From a virus: 43,507 nt of DNA. Numbering within the stretch: position 1 is the stretch's first letter; every line of letters begins with the position of its first letter. The stretch covers positions 1-43,507 of IMG/VR virus record IMGVR_UViG_3300032157_000022; one strand, 5' to 3'. Positions 39,841-43,507 of the stretch are shown here, in pieces. The notes below the pieces were generated by a model, which saw nothing but the letters and a program-made list of their open reading frames with translations, searched no databases and was not told the origin of the DNA. A program made the translations under genes and the position numbers.

Positions 39841-40137
39841 TTAGGTATTCGTGATCACCGACAGCTTTCCGCCGGGAACAACTCCGAAATATTCCGTGGT
39901 ATCCGCGGCCATGCGCGTCATACCTACCGTCGCGGTCGGCGCCGTATCAACGTTTTCTATCAGGATGGAGCAGATCGCGTCCACATGAACCCGAATGAAC
40001 CGCGTGTTTGCGTTGAACACGGCCGAGTCGGTTTCAGATCCGATTGTCAGCTTTTGATGGGCAACAGCCGGCGTCATTGCTACCTGCGTATGCTGCCCGG
40101 CAACTCCTGAATATTCCGTGATATACAAGCTCGCCAT
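39841..40137 (-). CDS. Hypothetical head-module protein (98 aa)
   Basis: ORF track. The ATG lies 1 nt after the portal stop. Confidence 0.55.
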   Translation of the reverse strand: MASLYITEYSGVAGQHTQVAMTPAVAHQKLTIGSETDSAVFNANTRFIRVHVDAICSILIENVDTAPTATVGMTRMAADTTEYFGVVPGGKLSVITNT

Positions 40138-40138
40138 G

Positions 40139-42379
40139 CTATGCCTCTGCCGGTTCCGGTTTTGCCGTCATCTTCTGGATCGTGGCCTTATGCTTCTCAT
40201 CGGACTGGCTGGAACTACGCTCGTGCGATTCCTGCTCTCTCGCCATCCGGGACATTTCACCAGCCGTCGTAATCCTGTGGTCTTCCTCGCCCCGCTCCAT
40301 GTCCGCGTCGTGCGCCTGGATCGTGCGCAGGTTCTCCATGTGGGTGTTGGCCACATCAGCCTTAACCTTCTGGATGTTCTCTTGTGCGGCCTGAGCGTCG
40401 AACTCGGCCTTGTCCGCGTCAGCCTTGGCCTTGCGAGCGTTCTGGGCTGCGATCTCGGTCTTGGCCTGCTGTTCCTGCACTTCGAGCTTGATCTTTTCCA
40501 TGCCGGCGGCCTGCAGCATCTCTTGAGCCTGTTGCGCCTTCTGCTGCTCTGCCGCCTGAGCCTGTTGCTCGGGGCCAGGCTCAGCGTCTGGGTTCTCTTC
40601 CTGCTTCTTCTGCTCAAGCATCTGCTTGATCTGAGGCGGTTGCATGACCTCCAAGCGCTCGCCAATCTCTTCTGCGTTCGGCCAATCCTGACCCTTGGCG
40701 TAGAGGTCGCCGAGAACCGGCGCAGCCTCCGGGAATACCTGGATGAACTCCCGCATTCCTTCTTTGGCTTCCTGCCGCTTGGTCGAGTAGGACGGCCCAA
40801 CCTCCAGAGTAACGTCGTAAGCGCCGACAGTCACATCGTTCTGGATGCTTTCCTTACCACCTTCCACGATCGGCTTATTGATATCGACAAGCTCTTCCTT
40901 GCCATCAATGCCAACAATGCGGACCTGCCGCTGCGTGTCATAAATGTGCGGGATCAGGTCGAGCAGGATCTGACCAGTCCGCTGAATCGCCATGTTGAAA
41001 TTGTCGATATAGACGAATGTTCCAGTATCGCCTTCCTGCTGACGGGCGATAATAGCCTTGCCGCTTGTTTCGTTGGACTTGGCACCAAGACCGGGGTCAT
41101 AGATGCCAATGACGCGCTTCATGTCGTCAAGCGCTTGCTGCTTGCCGATCTGGATCGCCTGAGAAGCAACCGGAGGAGCAATGCGCTGCGGCGGGCCGCC
41201 GGCCTGCGGATCGGAATCGTAGATCAGAACCGAATGGTTCTGTGTATTTGCGGTTTCCCACAAGTCCATATGGTTCTGGACCTGCTTGAGTGTCGCCATG
41301 TACGGCGCCTTGGGCTGCAGCGCCACCACTTCGGCGTCAGCACTGGCGTAATAGTTCACCATCCGCTGCGGGTCACGCGCATAGCGCACCACGCCATGAC
41401 GGTAGACCTCACTACCGATAAAAACCTCTTCGCCAATAACCGGGACGATCGGGATCTGCGTCCCCGGCCAATCCATCTCTTCCAGTATCTCGTTGGCCGT
41501 AACCAGATAGCGGCAGATCTTGAAACTATCGCGCTGTTCGAAGCGATAGCCCTGCTTTTCGTAGAACATCGTGGCCTCGGCCAGTTGTCCCTTCGAAAAT
41601 CCCTCGGTCTGATCGGTTACGTCATCGATCGCGCCATCTGGCGCCAGTACCAGCGAGCGCTTGATCGGCTTCTTAACCCAATATTCCGAGACCCGAACAC
41701 TGTCTCCCGTATACCATCCGTCGCTTGCGTGACTGAACTCATACGCAAAACCTTCCGTCGTGGCGTCCGGATATTGCTTCTTGAACTTGCGCCGCGAGAT
41801 GTCCTTCGGGACATGGCAGAACATCGCGTCTTCTTTGGTCGGTAGCTCCGCATCCGGGTCCCACAGGACTGACACGCCATCCCTAATGCCGGTAATCCTT
41901 AGTTCCTGGTTGAACGTTGTCGTGCTGGCGTATTCAGTCTCGACACGCCAATGCCCGATGCCGCACGCCACTTGGCTATCGCCTGCCGTGGTATAGACGT
42001 GCTTGGCAAAAGACCTGTTCTCAATGTATCGGCACATGCCAGCAAGCTTGCCTGCGGTCTTGACATCACCGCGGCTGTCCACCGGATTTACCTTGATACT
42101 CGGCCGCATCTGCCGCATGTCGCCCGTTACTTGGCGGATGAACTGCGGGATTGTATTGATCGTCAGGCAAGGGCGATCACCGCGCATGGCGATTGCTTCC
42201 GGCGACCATTGATCCTCAGGGCGACCACGCCGGAACTTGAGATCCTCGTTGGCATCCTCGATATTGCCGCGCTGGAACTCATATGCCGCATCGTAGTCTT
42301 CCAGCGCCTGCTTGAGGATATCCGCGTCCTTGGCCGATTCCTTCCTCGGTTTGGATGGGGTGTCGGCTTCGTAGGCCAT
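40139..42379 (-). CDS. Portal protein, P22-like, with long C-terminal coiled-coil (746 aa; alternative GTG start at 42394)
   Basis: ..NIEDANEDLKFRRGRPEDQWSPEAIAMRGDRPCLTINTIPQFIRQVTGDMRQMRPSIKV.. The Q/E/K/A-rich C-terminal 150 aa resembles the P22 barrel. TGATG coupling with the terL stop. Confidence 0.8.
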   Translation of the reverse strand: MAYEADTPSKPRKESAKDADILKQALEDYDAAYEFQRGNIEDANEDLKFRRGRPEDQWSPEAIAMRGDRPCLTINTIPQFIRQVTGDMRQMRPSIKVNPVDSRGDVKTAGKLAGMCRYIENRSFAKHVYTTAGDSQVACGIGHWRVETEYASTTTFNQELRITGIRDGVSVLWDPDAELPTKEDAMFCHVPKDISRRKFKKQYPDATTEGFAYEFSHASDGWYTGDSVRVSEYWVKKPIKRSLVLAPDGAIDDVTDQTEGFSKGQLAEATMFYEKQGYRFEQRDSFKICRYLVTANEILEEMDWPGTQIPIVPVIGEEVFIGSEVYRHGVVRYARDPQRMVNYYASADAEVVALQPKAPYMATLKQVQNHMDLWETANTQNHSVLIYDSDPQAGGPPQRIAPPVASQAIQIGKQQALDDMKRVIGIYDPGLGAKSNETSGKAIIARQQEGDTGTFVYIDNFNMAIQRTGQILLDLIPHIYDTQRQVRIVGIDGKEELVDINKPIVEGGKESIQNDVTVGAYDVTLEVGPSYSTKRQEAKEGMREFIQVFPEAAPVLGDLYAKGQDWPNAEEIGERLEVMQPPQIKQMLEQKKQEENPDAEPGPEQQAQAAEQQKAQQAQEMLQAAGMEKIKLEVQEQQAKTEIAAQNARKAKADADKAEFDAQAAQENIQKVKADVANTHMENLRTIQAHDADMERGEEDHRITTAGEMSRMAREQESHERSSSQSDEKHKATIQKMTAKPEPAEA

Positions 42380-43507
42380 CAGGCTGCCATCCACGAACCG
42401 CGGCGCGCGGGCTGTCTGCGCTGGATCGGTTCCTGCGGCGCCTCATAGACCACGCACATCAACCCGAACGAATCCGCTCCATGGCTCGACCAATCATGCT
42501 CAGGCCCCAACCCGATGTTGCGAGTTTCGTCCTTGCGCTCGTGATACCAGCCCAATGCGTCAACCCCGCCTGTCGTGGTGTCCTTGTTGAACCAGATCGA
42601 CGGAAATAGCCGCCGGGCCGCCTCGATCCGCATCGCGGCCGCGCCCTTGCCCTGGTTCGGAACTACTGTCACGTCAAACCCAGCCTCTCGCAGCGCGCTC
42701 TCGTAAGACACATCAAAAACCTTGTCGTTGGTCGAGCCGTCATGCGGCAGGAATACCGCGGCGTTGCCATAGCCATTCGCCCTCAGCCATGCGACATGCG
42801 TGGCGAGCGGCTGGCCTACAGCCTCGTAATAGTTCAGCACGCGGATTTCGCGGCCGATAAACTGGCATATCCAGATCGCTACCGCGTCCGACTTGGCGCC
42901 TGTTCCGCCAATATCGAAGATGGCCCGATAGGTCATCAGCGGGTCAGCCGCGACGTTACCTATCCGACCCTTGGCTTTGGCTTCAGCTAGGCATGCCGCA
43001 AAATACGCGCCCTCAGTCACGCCGGCATACCCGCCTTCCCAGATGTGGTCGTACTGGTCGGGCTTGTCGCGCAAGCAGTCCTGACGCTCCTGCTCAAGCA
43101 CCTTTGGGAACCATGGGTTGTCCGACCAGTTGGCCTTAACAACTGCCGCCCCGGTGGGAAGCATCCCGCCGCGAAACATCTGGTCTACCGGGTCATTCTT
43201 TCGCCGCGGGTTCCATGAGAACCATAGCTGCGAACCGTCGGCGCGAATGGTTGGCCGAAGCAACGAGAGCGACCGAGCCGAGAGCGTCTGCGCCTCCTCG
43301 CCCCACGCCCGCTTGAAACCCTCCAGCGACTTGATCGACTCGGCTGTGTGGTCCTGCATGCCCTGGAAGGTAATTACGCCATCGCCCGGCGTCTCGATCA
43401 CTTCCCGGAATACCTTGAAGCCATCAGCCTCGCCTAGCCGATGTTCCCCGAGCTTGTCCTCAATCAGCCGCTTGGCTGAATCCTTCAGGCTCTTTTGGAC
43501 TTCGCGA
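42379..43507 (-). CDS. terL: Terminase large subunit, C-terminal part (continues into 1..291 via the circular junction)
   Basis: Open frame to the window end. The nuclease-domain-sized region follows the ATPase part. The ORF-track Met at 43401 is an internal GTG. Confidence 0.85.
   Translation of the reverse strand, partial: REVQKSLKDSAKRLIEDKLGEHRLGEADGFKVFREVIETPGDGVITFQGMQDHTAESIKSLEGFKRAWGEEAQTLSARSLSLLRPTIRADGSQLWFSWNPRRKNDPVDQMFRGGMLPTGAAVVKANWSDNPWFPKVLEQERQDCLRDKPDQYDHIWEGGYAGVTEGAYFAACLAEAKAKGRIGNVAADPLMTYRAIFDIGGTGAKSDAVAIWICQFIGREIRVLNYYEAVGQPLATHVAWLRANGYGNAAVFLPHDGSTNDKVFDVSYESALREAGFDVTVVPNQGKGAAAMRIEAARRLFPSIWFNKDTTTGGVDALGWYHERKDETRNIGLGPEHDWSSHGADSFGLMCVVYEAPQEPIQRRQPARRGSWMAA
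43381..43507. repeat. Exact copy of 1..127 (circular overlap)
   Basis: Identical base by base. Confidence 0.95.

Noticed and set aside
40118-41845. 575-aa plus-strand ORF (Leu/Arg-rich) covering most of the portal gene
   Set aside because: It is antisense to a well-supported portal CDS. The low-complexity L/R/H composition is typical of the reverse frame of GC-rich coding DNA, and there is no SD or motif.
1-43507. CRISPR arrays, rRNA genes, transposase/IS elements
   Set aside because: No regularly spaced direct repeats, no rRNA-like sequence, and no transposase-like ORF or terminal inverted repeats were seen anywhere in the window.

Overview
The first 127 nt of the window are identical to the last 127 nt, so this is one closed circular replicon of 43,380 bp. 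It reads as a complete temperate P22-like podovirus or prophage genome from an alphaproteobacterium. The host inference rests on a clear GapR/DUF2312 homolog, GcrA/Myb-like HTH proteins and GC content in the high 50s % by eye.

Layout:
- Genetic switch (about 7040-7134): divergent Cro-like (-) and CI-like (+) HTH genes around a perfect 14-bp palindrome.
- Minus strand, 7039 -> 1, across the junction, then 43380 -> 18768: one long, mostly translationally coupled unit.
  - Early genes: small membrane proteins, a minimal RNA ligase, a double-Myb protein, an adenine methyltransferase, GapR, a replication-like protein and a NusG/RfaH-like factor.
  - Packaging and head genes: TerS, TerL, P22-like portal, scaffold, P22-type coat, a DUF115/Maf-like enzyme, and gp4- and gp10-like proteins.
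  - Ejection proteins, one with a lytic transglycosylase domain.
  - Two tail fibres split by an HNH-AP2 endonuclease.
  - Lysis cassette: endolysin, holin and overlapping spanins.
  - After a strong terminator, a five-gene receptor-binding/depolymerase-like island.
- Plus strand, 7135 -> 18771: CI-like repressor, a long chain of coupled small ORFs (many below the 60-aa ORF-track cutoff), a protein with an SSB-like DDEIPF tail, HNH proteins and a MazG-like protein. Then comes a separately promoted integration module with two tandem tyrosine recombinases, a tRNA-like fragment, and a low-GC moron cluster.

No rRNA, CRISPR array, reverse transcriptase or convincing complete tRNA was found.

Most interesting:
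- A phage NusG paralog together with four strong intrinsic terminators inside the long minus-strand unit.
- The DUF115/Maf-like enzyme coupled to the coat gene.
- Tandem integrases with a TGCCTAAC repeat cluster.
- A lone antisense hydrophobic micro-ORF inside the late block.
- The DDEIPF-tailed non-canonical protein.
- The paired tailspikes with a shared N-terminal peptide.

All functional calls come from motif recognition by eye. No database search was run.
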